Positions 34,560-47,375 of a stretch of 64,000 nt of DNA are shown here, in pieces. The stretch is from Macrostomum hystrix (taxonomy: Eukaryota > Animalia > Platyhelminthes): assembly GCA_950097015.1 (NCBI GenBank), contig CATNEN010000007.1, forward strand, positions 1,798,001-1,862,000, written 5' to 3'. Made by a program: the position numbers and the translations under genes. The stretch's first letter is position 1. Each line of letters begins with the position of its first letter. The notes under the pieces are model-generated. The model was not told the DNA's origin, did not search any database, and worked only from the letters and a program-made list of their open reading frames with translations.

Positions 34560-37500
34560 ATGACATCAAATGCTAATCTATTTAGATTATGTAAGTATGT
34601 ATCCTCTCTTTTTAGTAATTACTACCATATACTCGTATTTGCAAAGGAATTAACATTTTTCAACATTTAAAAACTTCAGAGTTCCTTCCTGAAGTTTAGT
34701 TTCTGTAGTTTCTGTAGTTTCTGTAGAGCTTGTAGGTCTGGGTTAGAAATTTGGATTTTGTTTAAGATGTTGTGAGTTCTAATCTCAACCCAAGGAAAGT
34801 GTTTTTTGTAATTGAGCAATACCCTTAATTCTCTTAGCTTTCAAGCATTAGAGAGGGTACAACTTTGAGTGGCTGTGGCCGCCTCCCCATTTATGCTATT
34901 TTCCCTCCGCATTGCCTAGCAACTAGTGAGCTGAACGTGTCTCGCATCAGCAACATTGAGCAGTGCTTCGGCGACAACGGCATTCCTCTGCTACGCACCG
35001 GTCGTGTACTCATCGCCGAAGGCGTCCTACTCAAGGTCTGCCGTAAGCGGCCCAAGAAGCGCCAGTTCTTCCTATTCAATGACCTGTTGGTCTACGGCAA
35101 CATTGTCATCAGTAAGAAAAAGTACACCAAACAGCAGATCATCGAATTGGACGATGTGCGGGCCAAACTGCTCACTGACGAGGAGAAGGCTTTTCAAGTG
35201 AGCTGCGCGACTAAATCAGTGAACTTGCAATGAGATTGAAATCCAAAAGCTACCTACAAGATTCAGTAGGATTACACTTTGGGATCAGAAGGATTGCAAC
35301 AGAAGCTGCTTTGGTATTTGAGGGATTGCAACAGAAGCTGCTTTGGTATTAGAGGGATTGCAACAGAAGCTGCTTTGGTATTAGAGGGATTGCAACAGAA
35401 GCTGCTTTGGTATTAGAGGGATTGCAACAGAAGCTGCTTTGGTATTAGAGGGATTGCAACAGAAGCTGCTTTGGTATTAGAGGGATTGCAACAGAAGCTG
35501 CATTGGTATTAGAGGGATTGCAACAGAAGCTGCTTTGGTATTAGAGGGATTGCAACAGAAGCTGCTTTGGTATTAGAGGGATTGCAACAGAAGCTGCTTT
35601 GGGATTAGAGGGATTGCAACAGAAGCTGCTTTGGTATTAGAGGGATTGCAACAGAAGCTGCTTTGGTATTAGAGGGATTGCAACAGAAGCTGCTTTGGGA
35701 TTAAAGGATTGCATTAGAAGCTGTTTTAAAAGGATTGCAACAGAAGTAAAGAATGTTGTTCACAATGTTCATACAAAATATAATGATTTTCAAAGAAAGA
35801 TAGGCAATATACTTGGGTTTTAAAACATATTAAAAGCTTGGTTAAGACTATAAACTCGTAAATTAACATTTTTAATGAAACTTCACGCGCAGGTAATCTC
35901 GCCAAAGAAGTCATTCACTGTGTACACCAATACACCGCTGGAGGCGGCCAAATGGGTTGAGTACATCAACAAGTACGCCAAGGACTGCACGGATCAGAGG
36001 GACGCTGGTCCAAAGCAAACTGCTGGCTCAGCTTCCGAGGTGGCCCCAGTTTGGATACCCGACAAGCAGCAGGCCAATTGCATGATTTGTCGCTCCTCAT
36101 TCACCGTCATCAATCGGCGGGTTAGTCACCTGCCCCTGACTCCTCCAATTTGCTCTTATCCGCCCCCGGCTCCTCCACATTGTTCTTATCTGCCCCGGCT
36201 CCTCCACATTGTTCTTATCCGCCCCTGACTTCTCCTCATTGTTCTTATCCGCCCCTGACTTCTCCTCATTGTTCTTATCCGCCCCTGACTCCCCTTTGTT
36301 CTTATCCGCCCCTGACTCCTCCTTATTGTTCTTATCCGCCCCTGACTCCTCCTCATTGTTCTTATCCGCCCCTAACTCCTCCTCATTGTTCTTATCCGCC
36401 CCTGACTCCTCCTCATTGTTCTTATCCGCCCCTGACTCCTCCTCATTGTTCTTATCCGCCCCTGACTCCTCCTTATTGTTCTTATCCGCCCCTGACTCCT
36501 CCTCATTGTTCTTATCCGCCCCTGACTCCTCCTCATTGTTCTTATCCGCCCCTGACTCCTCCTCATTGTTCTTATCCGCCCCTGACTCCTCCTCATTGTT
36601 CTTATCCGCCCCTGACTCCTCCTTATTGTTCTTATCCGCCCCTGACTCCTCCTCATTGTTCTTATCCGCCCCTGACTCCTCCTCATTGTTCTTATCCGCC
36701 CCTGACTCCTCCTCATTGTTCTTATCCGCCCCTGACTCCTCCTCATTGTTCTTATCCGCCCCTGACTCCTCCTCATTGTTCTTATCCGCCCCTGACTCCT
36801 CCTCATTGTTCTTATCCGCCCCTGACTCCTCCTTATTGTTCTTATCCGCCCCTGACTCCTCCTCATTGTTCTTATCCGCCCCTGACTCCTCCTCATTGTT
36901 CTTATCCGCCCCTGACTCCTCCTCATTGTTCTTATCCGCCCCTGACTCCTCCTCATTGTTCTTATCCGCCCCTGACTCCTCCTCATTGTTCTTATCCGCC
37001 CCTGACTCCTCCTTATTGTTCTTATCCGCCCCTGACTCCTCCTCATTGTTCTTATCCGCCCCTGACTCCTCCTCATTGTTCTTATCCGCCCCTGACTCCT
37101 CCTCATTGTTCTTATCCGCCCCTGACTCCTCCTTATTGTTCTTATCCGCCCCTGACTCCTCCTCATTGTTCTTATCCGCCCCTGACTCCTCCTCATTGTT
37201 CTTATCCGCCCCTGACTCCTCCTCATTGTTCTTATCCGCCCCTGACTCCTCCTCATTGTTCTTATCCGCCCCTGACTCCTCCTCATTGTTCTTATCCGCC
37301 CCCGACTCCCCTTTGTTCTTATCCGCCCCCGACTCCCCTTTATTCTTATCCACTCTGAATCCCCTTTGTTCTTATCCGCCCCCGACTCCACTTTGTTCTT
37401 ATCCGCCCCTCACTCTCGGTTTCCTTCTAATCAACTTCACATTTCTCTGTTAAAGATTCTGTTGCAGCGAATCTGTTTTACTGCCATCCACCCACCCCAC

Positions 37501-37743
37501 TCCCCGCTCCGCCAGCACCACTGCCGCCGCTGCGGCCACCTGGTCTGCCAGTCGTGCTCCAATCGCAAGTGGATCCTGCCGGCACAGAGTGCCAAACCGC
37601 TGCGGGTTTGCGCCAACTGCTACTCGGGCCTGCAGCAGGGCGCCAACGCGGGCGACTCCGCCGCCGCCACCGCTGCTGCCGCACCCGCTGCCGCCGCTGC
37701 GGCTGCCGATGGTTCGTCAACTTCCGAATGCGACAGCGATTGA
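34560..37743 (+). CDS. PLEKHF2: PH and FYVE domain protein (Phafin/PLEKHF-like), complete, 4 exons
   Basis: Exons 34560-34590, 34920-35197, 35893-36120 and 37516-37743, with phases 1,0,0. PH domain GRVLIAEGVLLKVCRKRPKKRQFFLFNDLLVYG; FYVE domain WIPD...CMIC..FTVINRR|HHCRRCG..VC..CS...LRVC..CY. Confidence 0.92.
35290..35730. repeat. 32-bp minisatellite GAGGGATTGCAACAGAAGCTGCTTTGGTATTA; PLEKHF intron 2
   Basis: Direct inspection. Confidence 0.95.
36130..37410. repeat. 30-bp minisatellite CTTATCCGCCCCTGACTCCTCCTCATTGTT (~42 copies); PLEKHF intron 3
   Basis: Direct inspection; source of the 339-418 aa spurious ORFs. Confidence 0.97.
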
Positions 37744-38469
37744 TAATTGTTTGCCGATATTAGAAAAACAACCTACCGTGATTTATTCATTCGAGTTTAG
37801 AATTTTAAACAATCGAACGTTTTAATTAGATTTTCTAACTACACTACTCACTTTTCATCGTGTAGTAGTGCAGCGCAGTCGCAAATTCTATCGATTTAAT
37901 TTTCGTCACAAAAGTATTGGTGAACTATTTGCCCTGTTATAGATATCATTAGTGTAAGGCGAAAATGATCGTGTCTGTTGCAATGCCGGCCAATATTCAG
38001 CATGTATTTGATTTCCTGTGAATTGAATTTGCAATTTCCTTACTGCCTTGCCTGTCTATTTTACATTTAGTTGTTTTAATTTTTGCTTCCATTTGATTTT
38101 AAATGTATTTTATGAGAGTTTTCTAAGTAATCTGCATGCACTATAAGGTTTCACAAGGTTTTAAGATTACAGTTTTTGTGCCTTAGTATTTTTTCACCAT
38201 ATTTTATACATATGCTGGCAAATTTCTACTGAAAAAAATTCATAATAGCTTATTTATCATATGTGTAAGCTAGAGTAGCCAAATTTAGTTGTCTATCGGA
38301 GTTTGTGCTTGGTGAATAAATTTGTGATTTTTGTGATTTTTCACTTCGATTTTCCTTAAGCAACATATTAACCGGAGTTTTATTTCTAACAGCGCAATTT
38401 ATTATCGGTCCCCAGGTGCTAGTTAAGTGCAGAAGTGGTTGTAAATCATGTTAGCTGTGAGCACTGGCT

Positions 38470-38600
38470 TATCTTTGATGACACTAGACCCGCAGCCAGT
38501 TTGGAAGAAAATCTGCCCATTTCGCTGGCTCCTGAGCACACGCGCTCACAGATACTGTACATCTGGCCAAATATTTTTGTCAGGCAGTGTACACTCTCAT
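38470..38600 (-). mobile_element. SINE family 2, internal/3' fragment
   Basis: GACACTAGACCCGCAGCCAG...CTCCTGAGCACACGCGCTCACA...GTCAGGCAGTGTACACTCTC. Confidence 0.75.
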
Positions 38601-39429
38601 TCTTTAAGAAATACAATAGGACTAGGCGAATTGAGTGTTTGCTATTTTTAGAAATTAAGTTGGGGAAGGATTCCAAGCACGTGACTTATTTCAGCCAATA
38701 AAAATGATAATCTATCCCACGTTGAGGTTGATTGGTTGCTATTTATAGACTTATACTTTAGGTAAGTCTCCTATAACTACCCTAGATCCAAATTGATTGA
38801 TTTGCTCAGTTTTATTGATCATGTGATCTGTTTACTGTCGACTATCCTAATGGCTTCCGCTGCGGCTGCTGCAATATCTGCTGTTATTATTTGCCTAATT
38901 GATTTGATCTGTTGTAAATTTCTGTCTTGCGGCGTATATTGTGCTTGTTGAATTTACTCCACCCAACGACTGCGATAAAATCGTTTTAATATTATTATTG
39001 TTTATATGGTATTATTTTGCGAAGTATAAAACAACTTTAGCTTTAAATTCCAATTTGACTAACTTATTCTGGCCTTTTTAATGAAAACCGAAATATTTAT
39101 ACCTGCTAACATCCGGATCGAACCGTGATTCATATCAGCGATTTTTACATGCTGCCACTGGTTTATCGAAAAAAGTTTTTTTGATTTGGTCATTTTGCCA
39201 TTATTGAATTCAATGTAAGATTATCTTGCTAATGTGAAATCTGACGGAAAACAATGTAAAGTCACAGCTGTTCTGTGAGGAACAACGTAAAATCACATAT
39301 TTTCTGTCTGAATGTATGTGAAATGCAATTTTGTCTGAAAAAATTAGAATCCTCGTGACTAAAATTACAGTTAAATACTGTAGAGTCTATGTGAAATTGC
39401 AGATTTGTGTGTGAAATCAATGTGAATGT

Positions 39430-39660
39430 GCAGCTACAATGGGTGAAATCTATGTGAAATAGCAGCTACAATGGGTGAAATCTATGTGAAATAGCAGCTA
39501 CAATGGGTGAAATCTATGTGAAATAGCAGCTACAATGGGTGAAATCTATGTGAAATAGCAGCTGCACTGAGTGAAATCTATGTGAAATAGCAGCTGCACT
39601 GAGTGAAGTCCATGTGAAATAGCAGCTGCACTAAGTGAAATCTATGTGAAATTGCAGCTC
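39430..39660. repeat. 32-bp minisatellite GTGAAATCTATGTGAAATAGCAGCTACAATGG
   Basis: Direct inspection. Confidence 0.9.
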
Positions 39661-40350
39661 TCCTGTGAATAATTTATAAAAACACGATGGTTTTATCACA
39701 GCTTGTTTATAGAAGCAGAGTAAAACAAATAAAATGTATTATAAAGTTAATTGTTGCTCTGGGGTCGTAAAACTTTTTTCAGCTGCTAAAGTCCATTAAT
39801 CATGTATAAATGCTTTGCGCTTCAGATGAAACGCTAGAGGCTTTCCTGTCGTGAATAAAATCGTCAACAGCTGCGTGGCAGGTGTGCGCTTTCAGTCTAC
39901 TGCTCAAGCTTTGCTCATGCTCTTGTTTCCGTGATTAGCTGCACGTCAGACCGACCTGCAGATGGAACAGCCCGCTGAGATGAGCGCAGCTGCCCCAGGA
40001 TGGGAGAGGCGGGGGATAAATTAGAGCCTCTTCAAAAGCAGGAATAAGAGGCACGCGGGAAAGAGGAATAGGGTCGCAGTTAAAGGCAACAGGCGTTCTA
40101 GGATGTGGAAACGGCGGGATGGGCGACGGACAAAAAATTATAGCGAAGGTAGCCTGAAGCTATCCAGCAATTTCAGTTTTGTCTTTTTTGTCCGCAGAGC
40201 AAGAAAGAAAAAATATTCTGTCTATTCTTTCATTCGCCTATAATACTGGACCGCAGGTATGCACGTTGGGGTGGTAGAAAGGAACTCGACCCTATTTCTA
40301 GCGCTCTCTGGGTTTGAATTCCTATGGGGTTGGGATTCAGTGCACTGGAA

Positions 40351-40470
40351 TGGGATTCTGTGAATCTGGGATTCTGTGAATCTGGGATTCTGTGAATCTG
40401 GGATTCTGTGAATCTGGGATTCTGTGAATCTGGGATTCTGTGAATCTGGGATTCTGTGAATTGGGATTCG
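40351..40470. repeat. 16-bp minisatellite TGGGATTCTGTGAATC
   Basis: Direct inspection. Confidence 0.9.
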
Positions 40471-42082
40471 TTTGGATTGTATTTTTCTGATTGGGATTCT
40501 ATGCCATGGGATTTAGGATTAAGATTTTATAAAGATTTTGTGAATCTATGAACGTATTGGTATTGAAAACTGAATCCGAAGCAGCAAACAGAACTTGTCA
40601 AAGAATCATGAACGAACGAAAAAAATAAGTGCCACATCTTAGACATGATGCACTAATCTATTTTTAACTTGCACATCGTTATTAGTGTAACACATCCGAG
40701 TTATAAAAGTTATTACTGGGCCAAACAAAACAACACTTTTGATCCGATTATTCAGTCACGATCTTAATTTTCGTTGCTCGTGTGAGAGGGTACCACAAGT
40801 CGCTCTCTTTTGATTGAAAATAAAATAAAAAAGTCAGTTACACAAAAAACACTAAACCGTAAGACAACGGAAACAAAGAGCTACTGGAATTTATATGCAG
40901 TGAAATCACAGTGCGTGAGTGTGCGCGATTGCGTTCGTGCTCATAGACCAGCATACACTGAAATGATTAAGAGTTAATAAATTTCTTTTTCTGATTAGAA
41001 GAACTGAAATCACAAAATAACAAATCTATAATAGTAGTCTGTCACAAAAACACCTCAATACTGAATTCTAGATGAGAGGAGAGCTGAGCAGAGCGCAAAT
41101 GTACTTTTATTTTAGGCAACGGAGAGAGGATTCGGGGGGTGCTGGGACGCGGAACGAGAGCCTCGCCTCGTTTCTCCTGGGGAAATAAGCAGGCCTCTTA
41201 TCCGAGGTGTGAAAGTGGATCGCGGGCCGAATGGGGAGGCGTGAGGCGGGAAATGAGCATGAGCTCAGGCTAGGCTCTCCTACTGCAGGGAGAAACCAAG
41301 AGAAATAGAAAAGGTAAGAGAGACGATTAGGCAAATTTATAGGTGCTGGCAGGCAATGGAGACTAGACAGATGAAATGGGATTGGCTAATATTATACACC
41401 GCTAGACACGCAGTAAAACGTAGCGTTTTTTTATTTCACAATCAATGATTGCTAGCGCGCTTTGTTTAACAGTAAACTTGCCTTAATTGCTTCTTCTATG
41501 CGAGGGGCAAGTGCAGGCAAAGTGTCTAAAAAGCAGAAAAGAAAAAGCAACAGCGAGAACTTGCAACAAAACAACAAAAATATAAAAAAACAATAAAGTT
41601 CCGAAACCGACTCAAAGACACTCTTAACAAGTTCGCTTGATATGCCTACTGACTGACCTAAAGTTTAGCTGTCTGGCAAGATGGTTCGATATGTAAAACA
41701 GATGGGCGTGTGTGTGTGTGTGGGTGCATGGGACATTGCGATGATTTGTAAAACAATATTCACAAGTTTTACACAAACAAAGGTAACACGGAAGAAAAAA
41801 AAAGTATTGCAAAATTAATTGAGACTGTATAATATCCTTGGTAAAAGAGTTTCATAGACTCTAACCAAATTTACCATGCGTATGTAGATCAGAACAGGTC
41901 GCACTAAAACACTAAAACACTATCACAAAGCACTGTACAATACTCACTATGATATTTGTCCAGAACTGCTGATAAAAATAACAATTTTTATCACTAAATA
42001 AACTTGATGACCTCTCTTCACAGAAGGCTATTTTCTAGCTATTTTCACAGTAATTTAGTCGTTAAATTATGCTTTAAAACTA

Positions 42083-42361
42083 TAGGGTCGGCAAACTCCG
42101 GCCCGTTGCCCCTTCCGACATTTCTAACATGTCTCATCACTCCCGTGTCTCATCTCTCCTGTGTCTCATCTTTCCCGTGTCTCATCTCTCCTGTGTCTCA
42201 TCTCTCCTGTGTATCATCTCTCCTGTGTCTCATCTCTCCGCTGTCTAATCTCTCCTCTGTCTAATCTCTCCACTTTCTCATATTTCTACAGTCAATGCGG
42301 CCCGCTGTCGTCTTTTAGGTTCTCTCTTAGGCCCGCTAGCTAATAAGTTTGCCAACCTCTG
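42083..42361. mobile_element. Degenerate hAT/Charlie-like MITE containing a TGTCTCATCTCTCCTG repeat
   Basis: Ends are TAGGGTCGGCAAACT and AGTTTGCCAACCTCTG, with subterminal GGCCCG motifs. No clear TSD. Confidence 0.45.
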
Positions 42362-42447
42362 CAAACGGCACATTTTATTAAACTGAAAATAGTTGACCTT
42401 TTGACATCTGAATTTAATCTCGCTTTGCCGACTTCTAGAGCTTCAAC

Positions 42448-42882
42448 TCAACGATCATCCGACTGCACAATCGGTCGGCCCATGGCCATTGGCTCGTCTT
42501 CTGTGCAAGCAATGGACGGCTTCCTGTGCTGCATCTGCAGCTGCAGCATCTGCTGCGGAGGCAACAGTGGATCTAGGCCGCCAACCAGGGACTTCTTGCG
42601 CACAGCCGGGACACTCTCCGGTGTGGCAATGGTGTCTCCGGTGGCGGCGTGCAGCAGGTCGGAGCCTCGAATCGGGGTCCGGTGACTGCCAACCACCTTG
42701 GCCTTGGCCATGTTGTAATCGCCGCTATCGAAGTACTTCTGGCCACCCTTGTTGTTGAGCCGTTTCTGCAGCACAGAGCTGCCAATGCTTTTTCGATTCA
42801 GATTTGGATATTTCTGTTTCAGTTTGGCCTCTTCAGACTGCTCGATGGATGCTGCATTTGACTGGCCTGGTGTTGAGGACAT
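42448..42882 (-). CDS. ENSA: Endosulfine / ARPP19 (Greatwall substrate, PP2A-B55 inhibitor)
   Basis: EEAKLKQKYP...LQKRL..GGQKYFDSGDYNMAK contains the invariant FDSGDY motif. A splice acceptor sits at 42890, 7 nt upstream of the ATG. A possible extra first exon lies at 44825-44800. Confidence 0.92.
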   Translation of the reverse strand: MSSTPGQSNAASIEQSEEAKLKQKYPNLNRKSIGSSVLQKRLNNKGGQKYFDSGDYNMAKAKVVGSHRTPIRGSDLLHAATGDTIATPESVPAVRKKSLVGGLDPLLPPQQMLQLQMQHRKPSIACTEDEPMAMGRPIVQSDDR

Positions 42883-43697
42883 TCTCGGACTGAAAAAGAA
42901 ACGTGAAAAATCAATTAAATAGAAATGCTTCTAAATTTAAAATAAGGAAATTTCAAAATTATATTGTCGCAATGCTGAACACATACATGAATTATTAAAT
43001 TAATTCAGACACATTTTAATGTGCTTTACTAATATTAGAGCCGTGCGAATTAATTTATTATATTAAATTGCAGAACAATCTTAAAAGTATTACAACCCAA
43101 TGTCATTCGAGAATGTTACTATGGCTAGGTAATTTAGGGTGCCACATAAACCAGTAATTTTTTATAATAATTTGCTATATATACGAGTATATATAAATAA
43201 CATTTAAAAGTAAATAAGAAATTTTAATTTACAATTTGCTTGTTTTAACATCAAAATGAAGTACTATTTTGAGTATAAGAAAATGAAGCATTAATCACTT
43301 GGCCATAAAGTTATAAATCAGAAGTGAAAAGGTAATCACAGTTTATGACTTTAAGGATTGTATTGTCTTTCCATAGATTAGATAAAAATACTTAGATACC
43401 TAAATATACTTATTATAATTTTATATTTTACAACTCTTATATGCACATATATATTTATACAAGCAAACATTTAATAAAAAATACTAAATATAAAAAACAC
43501 ATTTAATTGACACCAAATTAAATGTAGTATTAAAAAATCTAAGCAAAAACCACATTCCAAAGATCATTTTATGATGCAGCTTAAAGTCCAGAAACACTAG
43601 AATGTGATAAGTAGATTCAGTAAATCATGTAGACAATAGTAAAAAATAATAAAATTATACACATTCACAAAAACATTGACAAATCACATTCATAGAA

Positions 43698-43764
43698 CTA
43701 TAGGGCCAATCAAGCCTACGAGCGAAAGCGAATCATACATACAAATATATGATTCGGTTAAAAC
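43698..43764 (+). mobile_element. 67-bp 5'-truncated retroposed insertion with 16-bp TSD
   Basis: AATCACATTCATAGAA flanks both sides (43682-43697, 43765-43780). An identical 67-mer lies at 45678-45744, followed by AACAAC. Confidence 0.75.
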
Positions 43765-46547
43765 AATCACATTCATAGAAATAAAATTCGTCAGCATTAG
43801 AGAAGCCAGTATATATCTTTAAATTCAATGAAACTTTGAAAAACTGTAATAATTACCGTGCGTTTTAAAAATGATCAAAAACAATTCCACAAACTCTGTA
43901 TCCGTTAATTATTTAATAACCAATGTATATAGTAATTAATTTGCACATCTGTATATGCAATTCGCTTAATTTAGTAACCCCACTTTTACTTCACATATTA
44001 CTAAAAAGTTTATTATACTATGCACGAATATGGGAATTCAACTCCGCGGCGATTATTTTGTCGATTTTTTTCAGTGAAGGGTGAAACTACTCAAGTGTCC
44101 CATTGCTAAACCAAAACCTCAGCTGGTCTCATATTTTTCATGACGTTTTTGGTATTTTTTATACAGTAATAAACTTCGGCAGGGGTGCACCAGCCACCTA
44201 ATAGACAACCCATGCACTGACCCACTCACGAAACGGGCTTCCACTCTAAAAGAGAATGTACCTTTGGCTCACCCTAGGGTCCATGGCCGAAGACAAGGAC
44301 TCTATACGAGGTATTCACTGAGAGTAGCACAATCAGGAAGAGAGGACTTCTGCATAGGGGATTGATTCTTAGGGATGCGGCAAAAGCCAGAGAGCCCGCC
44401 CCAAGATCGAGAATGCCCCGTCGAAACAACCTGATGTACTTATGAACGAAAATTAAGGTGAAAGTCTATTCACCAGGCCCCATGACAATGACGCAATTTC
44501 AGGTTAAGGCTTAGCATCCAAGATCCATGATCAAAGCAAATATTTACGAGCCGTAGTTGGAGTCCTTCTCGAACTTAGGAACCAATATCCCCTTATTTCG
44601 GTTTTTAACGTAATTACTAGTTTAGAATGACATTAAAATAAGTTACCGAAGTTAGAGGGTTAGAGAGGGTGGAAATAAGTGTACTCGATAAGTCAGGGAT
44701 ACGTGAGTGCTAGCCTTATACATTAAATGACATTGCACAGCGAAACCGTGAGCTGTCTGGCAACAAGTGGTCGGGCGAGAGAGGCGACACTAGGCTCACA
44801 ACGATGATGGCAGTCCGAAGTTCATGGTGAAGTAACGGTAATGGTACCGTTGGTGGGAGAGATGCCGTCGGACGGAGGTCGTGGGACGAGCGCGGGAGAA
44901 GACGAAACGACGAAGTTGAGACGCCGCAGCGAAGGGTGGCGAAAGGTCTCGAAGGGATAGAAAGGAAAGGTTCGCAAAAATGGGTGCCACACCACTTGCT
45001 GTATAAAGAGCCAGAGAGTCACGCGCGCACGCCGTGATCGCATGATCCGCCCGACCTTGGCCTGTTTACCGGACCAATGAGAAGAATGGGACGTCTGATT
45101 ATGTAATCAGATTTGTGATAGGGGGGAAAAGATAATGAGGGAGGTGGGCGTGCGGTGAAAGAAAGCGTTTGATTTATGACTTCGAAATGGGAGTGGAATG
45201 GAGGTTGGTGCGTTTGATAGTTCTAAAGGGTCATAAATTATCAAGAATGGAGGCAGGTGGGTGTTTTGACAGGTTAAAAGACCATGAAAAAAATGTTTTC
45301 AACCGGGAGGGGCTTTGACAGCTTAAGGTCGTGCAATGGTGAGTCATGGTGCACGAGGAGGAAGGATGCATTGTAAGGGCAAAATATGATCACTGAAAAT
45401 ACGAAAGCCTCTAAGGTTGCTGCTGCATCACTTTCTTAGGTTCTTTCTTTCTTTCTTTCTGCTCCAATTGTTGTATTTTAAATGGTATATTTAGTACTGC
45501 TGGAGTTCTCATCTCACGGGATAACTGCTGGACTGTGCACAATTTACCAAATGATATGATTCAGTCACCAATTGATGTGCCATGCCAGTCTTCCCACAAA
45601 TATTTACCCCCATCAAACTGGAGGTCCAAAAAAGTGATTATGTACCTTTGGCAATCGCATCTAACATGCCGATCGAACTATAGGGCCAATCAAGCCTACG
45701 AGCGAAAGCGAATCATACATACAAATATATGATTCGGTTAAAACAACAACCAAATTGTACTATATCCACGAACATATAGTTAGGAAGTGTGCAATATACA
45801 TCATTGGCAAAGGGTACCCAGATATGATAGTCGAGTTATCTATTGAACCGCCCGCCTGTGCTCTTGTTGCACATCACCTCTCATTTCGCCTGCGCTGCTT
45901 TCTCGGTTCGGTTCTTTCCGCTGATAAAGAATTCTGTCCGCTAGGGTCTTCATCTTACTTGACTTGAAGCCGTGCCGTGCAGATCGAGGAGGCGTTAGTC
46001 GCTCATACCACTATAAATCGCAGATGAAACGAGCAGAGCTGGGATGACATTTTAAGGTCATCGAGAGAGAGCTCGCCGATTTAATTCCTAGGATTCTGGT
46101 TCAAGAGAATTTCCCGAGTCACCAAAAAGGCATGCTCCTCAGCAGTGTTTGGAACACACGACTGTCAAAATTAAAACAATTTATTCGGGATTCAAATAAG
46201 AGCTGTCCATGGTAGCAGTAATTGATTACCATTCCGTAGACCGGGGGAATGAGTAGAATTCAGACAATCGTTAAGTTGCAGCAGCAACTATAGCAGTCGT
46301 CAATATACGAGATTCACAACCAGCTGAAACTGCTACTGAAATAGAGAAAGTTAAAACAGAATAGCGACTTCGGTTCCAGCTAGCTGGATGTGTATCGAAA
46401 TCAGTGAAAACTTGAACAGCAATAGCAGGCGTGCCAAGATATATTTATCACCAGAGCTGTCTTGGATTCAATGCCAAGTAGAGTTTCTTAATCGGCGCAA
46501 CCAACCAGACGACAGTCCAACTTTCAACTTCAAACAAATAAATAAGA

Positions 46548-46768
46548 ATGAAAGTTAATCTGCTGTTGATTCTTGGCCTCATTGCCCTGATCTGCATGGG
46601 CTCGGTTTCGGCAGGTTAATTGTAGCCCACAATTGTAATCGAATCTATGAAGAAACCCTAGACGTAACACCATAGTAATTGATTTATTCATTTGTCGCAG
46701 GGGCCTGTGGGTACTGCATATTGCTTAGCAACAGACAGGGCAATTCGTCCCACTGGACTGACCCCTAA
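46548..46768 (+). CDS. Candidate 44-aa secreted peptide precursor (2 exons; absent from the ORF track)
   Basis: Exon 46548-46614 encodes a signal peptide-like MKVNLLLILGLIALICMGSVSA, with a phase-1 donor CAG|GTTAAT. The acceptor tttgtcgcag|46701 leads to GACGYCILLSNRQGNSSHWTDP*. Confidence 0.5.
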
Positions 46769-46893
46769 GCACGCACAGGTACATTCTCATAGTTTTTTCA
46801 TGTGCCCTGACTTCAACTGACAGGACAGTCCAAATTTTTGTGAATTGCCTGACAATACTTAAAAGTAACAATGCCTGGGTCGACCGAATCCCG

Positions 46894-46919
46894 AACCCTA
46901 ACCCTAACCCTAACCCTAA
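46894..46919. repeat. Interstitial (AACCCT)4 telomere-type repeat
   Basis: Direct inspection. Confidence 0.85.
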
Positions 46920-47375
46920 TGCAATGCTGCCCGGGTCTGTACTGTTTTTTGCTGCCAGGACTCGATGATGGGCTAGGTTTTTGCGTACAGGAAGCGACCA
47001 ATGAAGACAAATAACCTACAATAAGAGTGTGAATTACAACGAAAAAATTGTTCGCGTCAATTTTTATGAGCTAATTACTCAAAACTTTTTATTTGCAAGT
47101 AGATTTCAACCCAAACGGGTAAAGCTCGAAATAGAGGCGAATCTTACACGGATATTCAATATTAGACGAGTAGGATTACTTTCTTAGTCTGCTAAATCTG
47201 GAAAATCAGCTTTGTAATCTACAAGTAGATTAAAAGTACAACCCGCTGTTTACCCGGTATTTGTTTTTAGGCGCCGATTTTTTATTTTGTTGCCTTTATG
47301 TTTGTTCGAATTAACGAGGACATGGTTAATTAAAAATAGGCGATAAAAATAAGATAAGCATACACAAAATCTATA

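Noticed and set aside
36097-37453. Four overlapping 339-418 aa ORFs on both strands
   Set aside because: They are translations of a 30-bp intronic minisatellite. PLEKHF splices cleanly around it (NRR|HHCRRC).
44280-44460. Minus-strand peptide containing ILDLGAG (SAM-binding-like motif)
   Set aside because: Short frame bounded by stops, with no start codon or convincing splice sites; likely chance.
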